Below are positions 20,255-28,334 of a stretch of 64,000 bases of DNA, piece by piece. A program made the position numbers and the translations under genes. This DNA comes from an uncultured Gammaproteobacteria bacterium. GTDB taxonomy: Bacteria; Patescibacteriota; Patescibacteriia; UBA2591; UBA6264. The stretch lies in the NCBI GenBank assembly GCA_964596735.1, contig CAZQVF010000002.1, forward strand, positions 18,321-82,320, in the 5' to 3' direction. Below the pieces are notes generated by a model. The model was not told the DNA's origin, searched no databases, and saw only the letters and a program-made list of their open reading frames with translations. Positions within the stretch are counted from its first letter, which is position 1. Every line of letters starts with the position of its first letter.

Positions 20255-22012
20255 ATGGGTAAATTTTCAAAAACAGGTTTTGGCTTAGATATCTCTGATT
20301 TTTCAATCGAGGTTCTTGAGCTTAGTTCAAAAGTAAAAGTAAAAACTTTTTCTAGAATAACCCTAGAGCCAGGCATAATTGAAAATGGTCTTATTCTTGA
20401 TAAGAAAAAATTAACTAAAAAACTCAAAGAACTTGTTGCTAAAACAAAAATAAAAACAAGTCAGGTTGTTTTATCTTTACCAGAATCAAAGGTTTTTATT
20501 CATGTTTTTAAGGTTCCTAAGGGATTAAAAAAGACTAATTTAAAAGATGCCATTGCCTTTGAGGCGCCTAAAGTCATTCCTTTAAACCAGGAAGAAATAT
20601 ATTGGGACTGTCAGACAATTTCCTCTCCAGCAAAATCAGCTCAACAATCTGTTTTATACATCGCTGTTTTTAAAAATATTATTGATACCTATATTGAAGT
20701 TTTAACCTTGGCTGAGTTAAAACCAGTTGTTTTTGAGATAGAATCATTGGCTTTGGCTCGGGCTTTATTGTTAGAATTAAAACCAGTTAACAGTTTGATG
20801 ATTGTTGATTTAGGGGCTCGAACAACTAATATTAGTATTTTTGGTAAAAACAAACAATTAAGATGGTCTTCAACAGTTTCTGTTGCTGGCAAGCATTTTA
20901 CTCAGGCAATTGAGGAAAAATTAAAAAAATCTACAGAACAGGCAGAAAAATTAAAAAGAGATAAGGGCTTGTCAGATAAAAGCATTGTTAAGCTTATTTT
21001 AGAGAAAGAACTTAAACCGATTATTGAGGAAATAAAAAATATTCTTGATTTTTATAATGAACCAGTAGACGAAATTATTTTAAGCGGGGGTTCAGCTCAA
21101 ATACCAGAAATTGTCTCTTATCTTTCTACTAAACTTGAGAAAAAGGTTAGTCTGGGCAAATCAGTAATTACCAAACAATTAAAAGGAACTTCTATTCTTT
21201 ATAACACGGTTATTGGCTTAGCCCTTAAGTCGCGTCAGGGGGCCAAAAAAGGAGAAATTAATTTATTACCTCAAAAAATTAAAACCAAAAAATCTTTTAT
21301 TAATAAAGAAACGCAGGAAAGCAGGCTTTTTCAAATATTTGGTTATGTTTTTCCCTTAGCCTCTATAGTCTTTCTTGGTTGGGTGATTATTAATTACACA
21401 CCCCAACAACCACGTTTCTCAAATATTGCCCAGAAAATTTTTATAAACGAAGAGGTTGTTCCTGAAGAAAAAGAATCAGAACCAGTTAAAGCGATTAAAG
21501 AAGAAACAATAAGTGAAGAAATGGTGGTTGAACAAGAACCAGTTTCTGAAGAAGTAGTAGAAGAAATGGTGGTTGAACAAAAAAAAACCACCCAGATTAT
21601 TATTAATCAAGGGATTAGCCGTTTAAATGTAAGAAAAGGTCCTGGATCTGAATATGATATTGTGACCAAGGTTTATCCTGGAGAGAGTTATCCACTATTG
21701 CAAGAACAAGGGGAATGGTATAAAATAAGGGTAGATGAGGATACAGAGGGATGGCTTTCTGCCACTTATACAACTTTACAAGAAAAGACCACTTTATTAG
21801 AAGAGAAAATTGGTCAAATTACTGTCAAAGAAAGTGTTTTAAATGGATTAAATCTTCGTGATGGTCCAGGAACAAATTATACTATTATTACCAAGGTTTA
21901 TCCTGGAACAAATTATCTACTATTGCAAGAACAAGGAGAATGGTATAAAATAAGGGTAGATGAGGATACAGAGGGATGGCTTTCTGCCACTTATGTTTTA
22001 AAATTAGAATAA
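20255..22012 (+). CDS. pilM: PilM (actin-like) fused to PilN-like INLLP motif, TM helix, acidic linker and two bacterial SH3 domains
   Basis: GLDISD, VDLGARTT, ILSGGSA (PilM); EINLLP; TM FGYVFPLASIVFLGWVII; two LN(V/L)R.GPG..Y..ITKV.PG...WYKI......GWLS repeats. Confidence 0.88.
   Translation: MGKFSKTGFGLDISDFSIEVLELSSKVKVKTFSRITLEPGIIENGLILDKKKLTKKLKELVAKTKIKTSQVVLSLPESKVFIHVFKVPKGLKKTNLKDAIAFEAPKVIPLNQEEIYWDCQTISSPAKSAQQSVLYIAVFKNIIDTYIEVLTLAELKPVVFEIESLALARALLLELKPVNSLMIVDLGARTTNISIFGKNKQLRWSSTVSVAGKHFTQAIEEKLKKSTEQAEKLKRDKGLSDKSIVKLILEKELKPIIEEIKNILDFYNEPVDEIILSGGSAQIPEIVSYLSTKLEKKVSLGKSVITKQLKGTSILYNTVIGLALKSRQGAKKGEINLLPQKIKTKKSFINKETQESRLFQIFGYVFPLASIVFLGWVIINYTPQQPRFSNIAQKIFINEEVVPEEKESEPVKAIKEETISEEMVVEQEPVSEEVVEEMVVEQKKTTQIIINQGISRLNVRKGPGSEYDIVTKVYPGESYPLLQEQGEWYKIRVDEDTEGWLSATYTTLQEKTTLLEEKIGQITVKESVLNGLNLRDGPGTNYTIITKVYPGTNYLLLQEQGEWYKIRVDEDTEGWLSATYVLKLE
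21665..21994 (+). repeat. 105-bp direct repeat (21665-21769, 21890-21994; period 225 bp) encoding the two SH3 C-terminal halves
   Basis: 6 mismatches in 105 nt by eye; last 57 nt identical. Confidence 0.92.
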
Positions 22013-22037
22013 TTAATAATAATTAAGTTAAAACTTT

Positions 22038-22499
22038 ATGATTAGATCACGTAAAGGTTTTACTCTCATTGAAATTCTCATTGCCGTCGGGATTATTGCA
22101 ATTTTAGCCGCTATCGTTATTATTGCTATTAACCCAGCTCGTCAGTTTCAAAGAGCGAGAGATTCTCAACGATGGAGTGATGTTAACGCTATTCTTAATG
22201 GTGTTCACCAAAGAATGGTTGACAACAAAGGAAGTTTTGCTGAAGGCACCACCTGTGATGCCCTGCCAGCTACGGTCATGTCTATTACTAGTACAGCTGG
22301 AGCAAACAATGTTGATCTCTGTGATTGTTTGGTAACAACTTATTTAGCCGCTCTTCCTTTTGACCCTTCAACTTCTGGAGCAGGTTTTACTGATTGCAAT
22401 GGCTATACAACTGGTTATACTATTATGCAGGCCGCCACGGGTAGAATTACCGTTGCCGCTCCTGGAGATGAGTTAGATACGATTACAGTAACCCGGTAA
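22038..22499 (+). CDS. Type IV pilin, probable major pilin
   Basis: RKG|FTLIE, AINPARQF..ARDSQR.SD, YL..LP.DP; last gene before terminator. Confidence 0.88.
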   Translation: MIRSRKGFTLIEILIAVGIIAILAAIVIIAINPARQFQRARDSQRWSDVNAILNGVHQRMVDNKGSFAEGTTCDALPATVMSITSTAGANNVDLCDCLVTTYLAALPFDPSTSGAGFTDCNGYTTGYTIMQAATGRITVAAPGDELDTITVTR

Positions 22500-22522
22500 T
22501 TTAAAATCAGAATTTACAATAA

Positions 22523-22562
22523 GAGCCTCCACCATGCCAAAAGGTGGCTGGAGGTTTTTTTT
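22523..22562 (+). terminator. Intrinsic terminator of the pilus operon
   Basis: GAGCCTCCA...TGGAGGTTT hairpin followed by T-tract. Confidence 0.7.
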
Positions 22563-22620
22563 ATAGAAAACAGGGTTTGCAAAGATTAAAATTGTTGTTA
22601 GACTTTAATATAACTCTTAT

Positions 22621-23262
22621 ATGAAAAAAATAGATTTGGGAATTATTGGGATAATTAAGCCAAAAGGTATTTCTTCCTTTGGTGTGGTTAGAAAATTACA
22701 ACAAATGAGTAATATTAAAAAGATTGGTCATGCTGGAACCCTAGACCCTTTAGCAACCGGTGTTTTAGTTATTGGTGTTGGCAAACAAGCTTGTCAAAAG
22801 TTAAACAGTATTGTTAAAAAAGAAAAGGAATATATTGCTAAAATTAAATTAGGAGTATATAGTACGACTGATGATGAGGAGGGGGATAAAAAAATAGTAA
22901 ATGTTGAGAATATCCCCTTGTTAAGCCAAATTAGAGAGATGCTGACTGAATTTCAAGGAAAAATCTATCAAGTTCCGCCTATTTTCAGTGCTATTAAAAT
23001 TCAAGGTCAGCCAGCCTATAAATTAGCTCGTCAAGGCAAAAAAGTGGTTTTGAAAAAGAGATTAGTGGAAATAAAGCAAATAAAAATCTTAAAATACAGA
23101 TGGCCGTATCTTGAATTAAAAGCTATTACTGGTCCAGGTGTTTATATCAGGTCTTTAGCTAGAGATATTGGTAAAAAATTAAAAACAGGCGGCTATTTAG
23201 CTGATTTAGAAAGAACAAGGGTGGGGGATTTTAAAAAAGAAAATTGTCTTTTAATTAATTAA
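22621..23262 (+). CDS. truB: tRNA pseudouridine(55) synthase (short form)
   Basis: KPKGISS, KIGHAGTLDPLATGVL, QVPPIFSAIK, GVYIRSLARDIG. Confidence 0.96.
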   Translation: MKKIDLGIIGIIKPKGISSFGVVRKLQQMSNIKKIGHAGTLDPLATGVLVIGVGKQACQKLNSIVKKEKEYIAKIKLGVYSTTDDEEGDKKIVNVENIPLLSQIREMLTEFQGKIYQVPPIFSAIKIQGQPAYKLARQGKKVVLKKRLVEIKQIKILKYRWPYLELKAITGPGVYIRSLARDIGKKLKTGGYLADLERTRVGDFKKENCLLIN

Positions 23263-23295
23263 AAGTGAATTGTCAATTGTTACTTTTGTAAGCTA

Positions 23296-23323
23296 TTGAC
23301 TTTTTTTATTTTTTTATTAAAAT
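23296..23323 (+). promoter_or_regulatory. Sigma70-type promoter for the unidentified structured RNA
   Basis: TTGACT-16 nt-TAAAAT, predicted +1 near 23330. Confidence 0.6.
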
Positions 23324-23328
23324 AATAA

Positions 23329-23552
23329 TAACCTGAATGTGGAAAATGTCGGTGCCAACACCTATTGATCTGATTATCGTGATGTCCGACAATGAGAGCA
23401 ACTTAACGGATCATAGGGTCGCCGAAAACATTTCCACTTCCTCTGGTTAAACATCATTAGTCGCGCCATAGGACTGGTTAAAGTGCAAAAAGGAGAACAG
23501 TTGCCCTCATTTGAGAAAGGGGGCCCGTCATCATGAGGGCCCCCTGTTTTTT
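23329..23552 (+). ncRNA. Unidentified highly structured RNA (~225 nt)
   Basis: GC-richer than flanks, own promoter, 120-nt rod hairpin, possible pseudoknot, strong terminator GGGGGCCC/GGGCCCCC-TGTTTTTT, no long ORF. Confidence 0.65.
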
Positions 23553-23575
23553 ATTAAGAAAAATATAATCTTTGT

Positions 23576-23608
23576 AAAAAAAGAGAGGGCTGCAAAATGC
23601 AGCCCCTC
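23576..23608 (-). terminator. Intrinsic terminator of the 6S-like RNA
   Basis: On - strand GGGGCTGC-atttt-GCAGCCCT then CTC and T7. Confidence 0.75.
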
Positions 23609-23609
23609 A

Positions 23610-23782
23610 AGCGCGCAGAGAGAGGACTAAGGACTTTTTGGTTTGAATGGGGATCGATTTCCTTTTCATACAATGTTTCGGGGATAAAATTTGCATCCCA
23701 CACTCCTAGTAAGTCAAAGGAATATCTTCCCGATTTTTTTAATCCAATAATCTATTCCTTAATTTGTCCTTTTTTCCGCGCT
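23610..23782 (-). ncRNA. 6S RNA-like (SsrS-like) RNA
   Basis: 173-nt rod: AGCGCG/CGCGCT, AGGAC/GTCCT, TAAGGA/TCCTTA, TTGG/CCAA closing stem; asymmetric central bubble with TGAA..GGA..TCC..TTCA hairpin; TCGGG/CCCGA and GATA/TATC terminal stem. Confidence 0.65.
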
Positions 23783-23818
23783 AGCTATATTTTTAAATCT
23801 CCATAAAATATTATTAAT

Positions 23819-23847
23819 AATATAGCATAAATTTAAGAAATTGTCAA
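23819..23847 (-). promoter_or_regulatory. Strong sigma70-type promoter for the 6S-like RNA
   Basis: TTGACA-17 nt-TATATT with extended -10 TG. Confidence 0.75.
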
Positions 23848-23900
23848 GTTTGAACCTAAAATAGGTTTACAAAAACACTAATATTTGCTAAAATAAAGCT

Positions 23901-25196
23901 ATGAAAACAAGAATAGTTAATCTTAGGTCAGATCAGCAAAAAGGGTTGAAAGATGTTAATCCTCAGAAATTTCTGTCTGTTTTTGTTATCTCTGCTATAA
24001 GTATTTTTATTTTTATTCTTGTTAGCGGTTTAATTATTGGTCAAAAAAATCCAAATCAATTATTAGCCAGCTCAGCCATGGCTGATTTTATAAAAAAAGA
24101 CACTTCTCCTCAATTCACTATTAAGGAACATGTTATTGAATCAGGAGAAGTTTTTATTAAACTAAACACGGCCTTGGGATTAAGTGAAGAACAATTGCAA
24201 AAAATTCTTAATGCTTCAGAAAATACTTATAGTTTAGTAGAAATTAGAGCCGGAAACAAAATTCGCTCTTTCTTTAATATAACCACTAATGAATTTGAAA
24301 AATTAGAATATGAAATTAATCAAGATAATATCCTAATTGTAGAAAAATTAGAAACCGGGGAATTAAAAGCAGAAAAAAGAGTAGTTGTTTATGAAATTAA
24401 ATTAACCCAGGTTTCTGCCGAAGTTAAAGAAAGTCTTTATCAAACCGGACAAAGCATAGGATTAGCGGATAAAACTATTATGGAAATGGCTGATATTTTT
24501 GCCTGGGATATTGATTTTGGTTTTGATATAAGAGAGGGTGATGAATTTGAACTCTTATATGAAAAAAGGTATTTAGACGGCCAAGAAGTTAATCCGGGAA
24601 AAATCTTAATTGCTCGTTTTCAAAATCAAGAAGAAGATCATTGGGGTGTTTATTACAAAGACTTTGAAGACAGAGAAGACTATTATGATCTAGAGGGCAG
24701 TTGTTTAAGAAGACAGTTTTTAAAAGCTCCGATTAATTACCGCTATATTAGCTCTGGTTATAGCTTAAGCCGTTATCATCCTGTTTGGCATACATATACT
24801 ACTCATCGGGCCATTGATTACGCTGCTTCTTGTGGCACGCCTGTTTCTGCCTCAGGAGCCGGAACTGTTATTCTGGCTGGCTGGAAAAACAATGTTTATG
24901 GATATACAGTAGAAATTCGCCATAATGGTGTCTATACTACTCGTTATGGACATTTATCTGCTTTTGGCAAAGGAATTAGATATGGAGCCAAGGTAACTCA
25001 AGGTCAAATAATCGGTTTTGTGGGAACAACTGGCACATCAACAGGCTGTCATTTAGATTATTCCATGAAAAAATATGGCAGCTTTGTTAATCCTTTAACT
25101 CAGAATTTTGAACGTTCAGATCCAGTTAAAGAAACTTATAAAGAAGATTTTGAATTTAATAAGACCATATTGATTGATTTTCTGGCTGGGGATTAA
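23901..25196 (+). CDS. Membrane-anchored M23 peptidoglycan DD-endopeptidase (MepM-like)
   Basis: N-terminal TM, IFAWDIDF..DIREGD, ISSGY..RYHP, HRAIDY, YGHL, STGCHLDY. Confidence 0.9.
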   Translation: MKTRIVNLRSDQQKGLKDVNPQKFLSVFVISAISIFIFILVSGLIIGQKNPNQLLASSAMADFIKKDTSPQFTIKEHVIESGEVFIKLNTALGLSEEQLQKILNASENTYSLVEIRAGNKIRSFFNITTNEFEKLEYEINQDNILIVEKLETGELKAEKRVVVYEIKLTQVSAEVKESLYQTGQSIGLADKTIMEMADIFAWDIDFGFDIREGDEFELLYEKRYLDGQEVNPGKILIARFQNQEEDHWGVYYKDFEDREDYYDLEGSCLRRQFLKAPINYRYISSGYSLSRYHPVWHTYTTHRAIDYAASCGTPVSASGAGTVILAGWKNNVYGYTVEIRHNGVYTTRYGHLSAFGKGIRYGAKVTQGQIIGFVGTTGTSTGCHLDYSMKKYGSFVNPLTQNFERSDPVKETYKEDFEFNKTILIDFLAGD

Positions 25197-25279
25197 ATTT
25201 GCAAAATATCCTTGTCAAATAAGCCTATTTAGGTTAAAATGTGGGTATAAATATAAGATAAATAATTAGTTAATATTTA

Positions 25280-25465
25280 ATGACTATGAAGAAGAAAAAA
25301 ACTGATGTTACCGTAGGTTATTGTGTTAAATGCAGAGAAAAAAGAAAAATGGACAATCCTAAGGAAATTACCATGAAGGGTAAGGGTGGGACTAAACGTC
25401 GCGCCATGACTGGTATTTGTCCAAAATGCGGAACCAAGATGTTCCGAATCATGGGCAAAGCATAA
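25280..25465 (+). CDS. Small basic zinc-ribbon protein (DUF5679-like)
   Basis: YCVKCR...GICPKCGTKMFRI; upstream TTGTCA-17-TAAAAT promoter. Confidence 0.8.
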   Translation: MTMKKKKTDVTVGYCVKCREKRKMDNPKEITMKGKGGTKRRAMTGICPKCGTKMFRIMGKA

Positions 25466-25527
25466 TTGGATAGAAAATAATTAATTGCTTTCTTAGTTCC
25501 TTTTAAAGGAATAGTTTTTTGATATTT

Positions 25528-26562
25528 ATGATGAATAAAATACACGATTTAGCTTCAAGGGTGACCAATGTGGTTGAGAAAAGGCAATGGCCCAAGGCTA
25601 GTGCTGGTCGAAAAATGATTTCTCAAATCCCTTTAATTATGTCTGAGCAGACAATAGGCGATGCTCAGGCTATTCTTTTTGAAAAACATGATCAAATTGA
25701 AACCATTAACTATTTCTATGTTATTGATGAAAACAAGAAATTTATTGGCGTTTTTTCAATTAAAGAGCTTTTCCGCCAAAATACTGAGAAAAAGGTTAAG
25801 GAATTCATGATTAAAACTGATTTAGTTAAGGTTGAACCTGAAACAGATCAAGAAAGAGTGGCTTATTTGGCTTTACACCGTAATTTAAAATCTATTCCTG
25901 TTGTTGATAAAGACAATACTTTACTTGGTATTGTTCCTAGTGATTATATTTTAAATATTTTAGAAAAAGAAATTAGTGAAGATTTACTCTATCTGGCTGG
26001 TGTTTATGAGCCAATTTCTCGTCTTGAATGGAAAGATCAGCTAACCTTTCCTTTTTTTATGGCCATTAAACATCGTTTGCCTTGGTTGTTAGTTGGTTTA
26101 ATTGGTGGTATATTAGTGGCTCGAATTATTGGTTTTTTTGAAGCTTCATTGCGACAGAACTTGGTCTTGGCCATGTTTATCCCCGTAATTGTTTATATGA
26201 GTAATGCCACTGGTAGTCAAACCCAGGCTATTTTTCTAAGGGATTTAGCCACCCATACAAAAATACCTTTTAGAAAATATTTTTTAAGGCAGTTATTAAC
26301 TTGTTTTTTCTTAGCCGTGTTTTGTAGTCTTTTACTTTTCTTAGTTATCGCTGTTGGTTGGACCACATTTTATTTAGCCTTTGTTTTGGGTTTCTCCATG
26401 TTAATGACTATTATTAGTGCTTCATTTTTTGCTTTGGCTATTCCTTATTTTTTAAACAAACTTAAATTAGATCCTGCCTTTGGTAGCGGTCCTTTTACAA
26501 CTATTATTCAAGATATTTTAAGTATTGTTATTTACTTTGGTATTGCTAATTGGCTATTATAA
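25528..26562 (+). CDS. mgtE: Magnesium transporter MgtE (CBS pair + membrane domain, N-domain truncated)
   Basis: CBS motifs, RLPWL, FIPVI, GSQT, DPAFGSGPFTTIIQD; start codon uncertain. Confidence 0.9.
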   Translation: MMNKIHDLASRVTNVVEKRQWPKASAGRKMISQIPLIMSEQTIGDAQAILFEKHDQIETINYFYVIDENKKFIGVFSIKELFRQNTEKKVKEFMIKTDLVKVEPETDQERVAYLALHRNLKSIPVVDKDNTLLGIVPSDYILNILEKEISEDLLYLAGVYEPISRLEWKDQLTFPFFMAIKHRLPWLLVGLIGGILVARIIGFFEASLRQNLVLAMFIPVIVYMSNATGSQTQAIFLRDLATHTKIPFRKYFLRQLLTCFFLAVFCSLLLFLVIAVGWTTFYLAFVLGFSMLMTIISASFFALAIPYFLNKLKLDPAFGSGPFTTIIQDILSIVIYFGIANWLL

Positions 26563-26609
26563 GAACCTTTCGCTATGCTCCAGAACCTTGAAATTAAATT
26601 TTAAAGAAT

Positions 26610-28334
26610 ATGGATAATAAAAAAGTATCTCAAATTCTTTATCAAACAGCTGATATTTTACAAATTAAAGACGCTAATCTTTTTCGCATTAATGCTTATC
26701 GTCGAGTCGGACAAACAGTTGAAAACTTGGCTGAAGACATTAATTTAATTGCTGAAAGAGGAGAGTTGGAAAAAATTCCCGGAATCGGAAAAGGAATTGC
26801 TCATTATATCCAAGATCTATTAGAAACAGGGACTTGTCATGGTTTTGAAGAATTAAAAAAACAAGTTCCTCTAACTGTTTTAGATTTATTAAATATTGAA
26901 GGCCTAGGGCCGAAAAAAGTTAAATTCCTTTTTCAAAAATTTGACATCAATTCTCTTTATAAATTACAAAGATTACTTAAATCACATAAACTCTTAGAAA
27001 TAGAAGGCTGGGGAGAAAAAACTGAAAAAAATCTTTTAAAATCAATTAATCTTTACAAACGTTATAAACAACGTTTTTTATTAGGTGAAATTTATCCTTT
27101 AGCCCAAGAAATCTTAGAAGAATTAAAACAGTCTGGACTAGTTAACCGAACTGAGGTTTGTGGTTCAATTCGGCGCTGGCGAGGAACAGTTGGTGATTTA
27201 GATATTTTAGCCACATCAAAAAAACCAGAAAAAGCCATTGAATTTTTCACCAAGCTTAAACATGTAAAAAGAATTTTGGCTAAAGGGTCAACCAAGGTTC
27301 AGGTGATTTTAGAGCAGGGGGTAGGGGCTGATTTGCGCGTGGTTGAGCCAAAAAGCTTTGGAGCCGCTGTTCATTATTTTACTGGCTCTAAGGCTCATAA
27401 TATTCGAGTGAGACGTTTAGGTATGCAAAAAAATCTCAGAATTAATGAATATGGGGTTTTTAAAAAATCAGGTAAGAAATTAATTAGAATTGGTGGAGCT
27501 TTTGAAAAAGATGTTTTTAAAGCAGTTAATTTGCCGTTGATTGCCCCTGAACTAAGAGAAGATCAAGGTGAGATAGAAGCAGGACAAAGTAAAAAACTAC
27601 CTCGTTTAATTTCCTTAAAAGATATTCGTGGTGATTGTCATCTACATAGTAATTGGTCTGACGGGTATAAAAGTATTTTAAAAATGGCTCAGGCCTCTAA
27701 AGAAATAGGATATGAATACATTGCCATTACTGATCATGCCACCCCCATGAGAGTGGCCAATGGGCTAAGAGCAAAAAGAATGCCTGGATATATTAAGGCA
27801 ATTAAAAATGCTGATAAAAAAATAAGGGGAATTAAAATTTTAGCCGGCATAGAAGTTGATATTAAAAAAGATGGAACCTTATTTTTATCAAATGAAATCT
27901 TAAAAAAACTAGATGTTGTTGTTGGGGCAACTCATAGTGCTCTGCGTATGCCCAAAAAAGAAATGACTCAAAGAATCATGAAAGCAATGGAAAATCCCTA
28001 TGTTCACATTATTGCTCATCCCTCTAATCGTTTAATTAATAAAAGAGAACCTTCACAAATAAATTTTAATCAGATTATAAAAAAGGCTAAGGAGACGAAA
28101 ACAGTTTTAGAAATAAATGCTTTTTACCGCCGGCTTGATCTTAACCCTAGTCAGGCTCGTTTGGCTAAACAAAATGGGGTAAAAATGATTATTTCAACAG
28201 ACGCTCATCATAATGATTATCTTGATGTTATGAAATTTGGCGTGGCTCAAGCTCGCAGAGGTTGGTTAGAAAAAAAAGATGTTGTTAACACCCTGCCTTT
28301 AAATGCGTTTTTAAAATCTTTGAAAAAGAAATAA
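26610..28334 (+). CDS. polX: DNA polymerase X / PHP-domain 3'-5' exonuclease
   Basis: HhH IPGIGK, GSIRR...GDLDIL, YFTGSKAHN, PHP HLHSNWSDG, ITDH, STDAH. Confidence 0.95.
   Translation: MDNKKVSQILYQTADILQIKDANLFRINAYRRVGQTVENLAEDINLIAERGELEKIPGIGKGIAHYIQDLLETGTCHGFEELKKQVPLTVLDLLNIEGLGPKKVKFLFQKFDINSLYKLQRLLKSHKLLEIEGWGEKTEKNLLKSINLYKRYKQRFLLGEIYPLAQEILEELKQSGLVNRTEVCGSIRRWRGTVGDLDILATSKKPEKAIEFFTKLKHVKRILAKGSTKVQVILEQGVGADLRVVEPKSFGAAVHYFTGSKAHNIRVRRLGMQKNLRINEYGVFKKSGKKLIRIGGAFEKDVFKAVNLPLIAPELREDQGEIEAGQSKKLPRLISLKDIRGDCHLHSNWSDGYKSILKMAQASKEIGYEYIAITDHATPMRVANGLRAKRMPGYIKAIKNADKKIRGIKILAGIEVDIKKDGTLFLSNEILKKLDVVVGATHSALRMPKKEMTQRIMKAMENPYVHIIAHPSNRLINKREPSQINFNQIIKKAKETKTVLEINAFYRRLDLNPSQARLAKQNGVKMIISTDAHHNDYLDVMKFGVAQARRGWLEKKDVVNTLPLNAFLKSLKKK

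Noticed and set aside
21665-21994. Diversity-generating retroelement TR/VR pair
   Set aside because: Both copies are in-frame domains of one gene, two of six differences are at non-A template positions, and no reverse transcriptase is present
23329-23449. SRP (4.5S) RNA, suggested by the ~120-nt rod
   Set aside because: Apical region lacks the conserved CAGG...GNRA...AGCA domain IV
23484-23513. tmRNA-like tag frame GCA AAA AGG AGA ACA GTT GCC CTC ATT TGA (AKRRTVALI*) after a pseudoknot
   Set aside because: No tRNA-like domain (no GGGG 5' end with T-arm and CCA) on either side, and the pseudoknot overlaps the would-be resume codon
23597-23806. 69-aa + strand ORF from the track
   Set aside because: Starts inside a terminator loop and is antisense to the promoter/terminator-bounded 6S-like RNA
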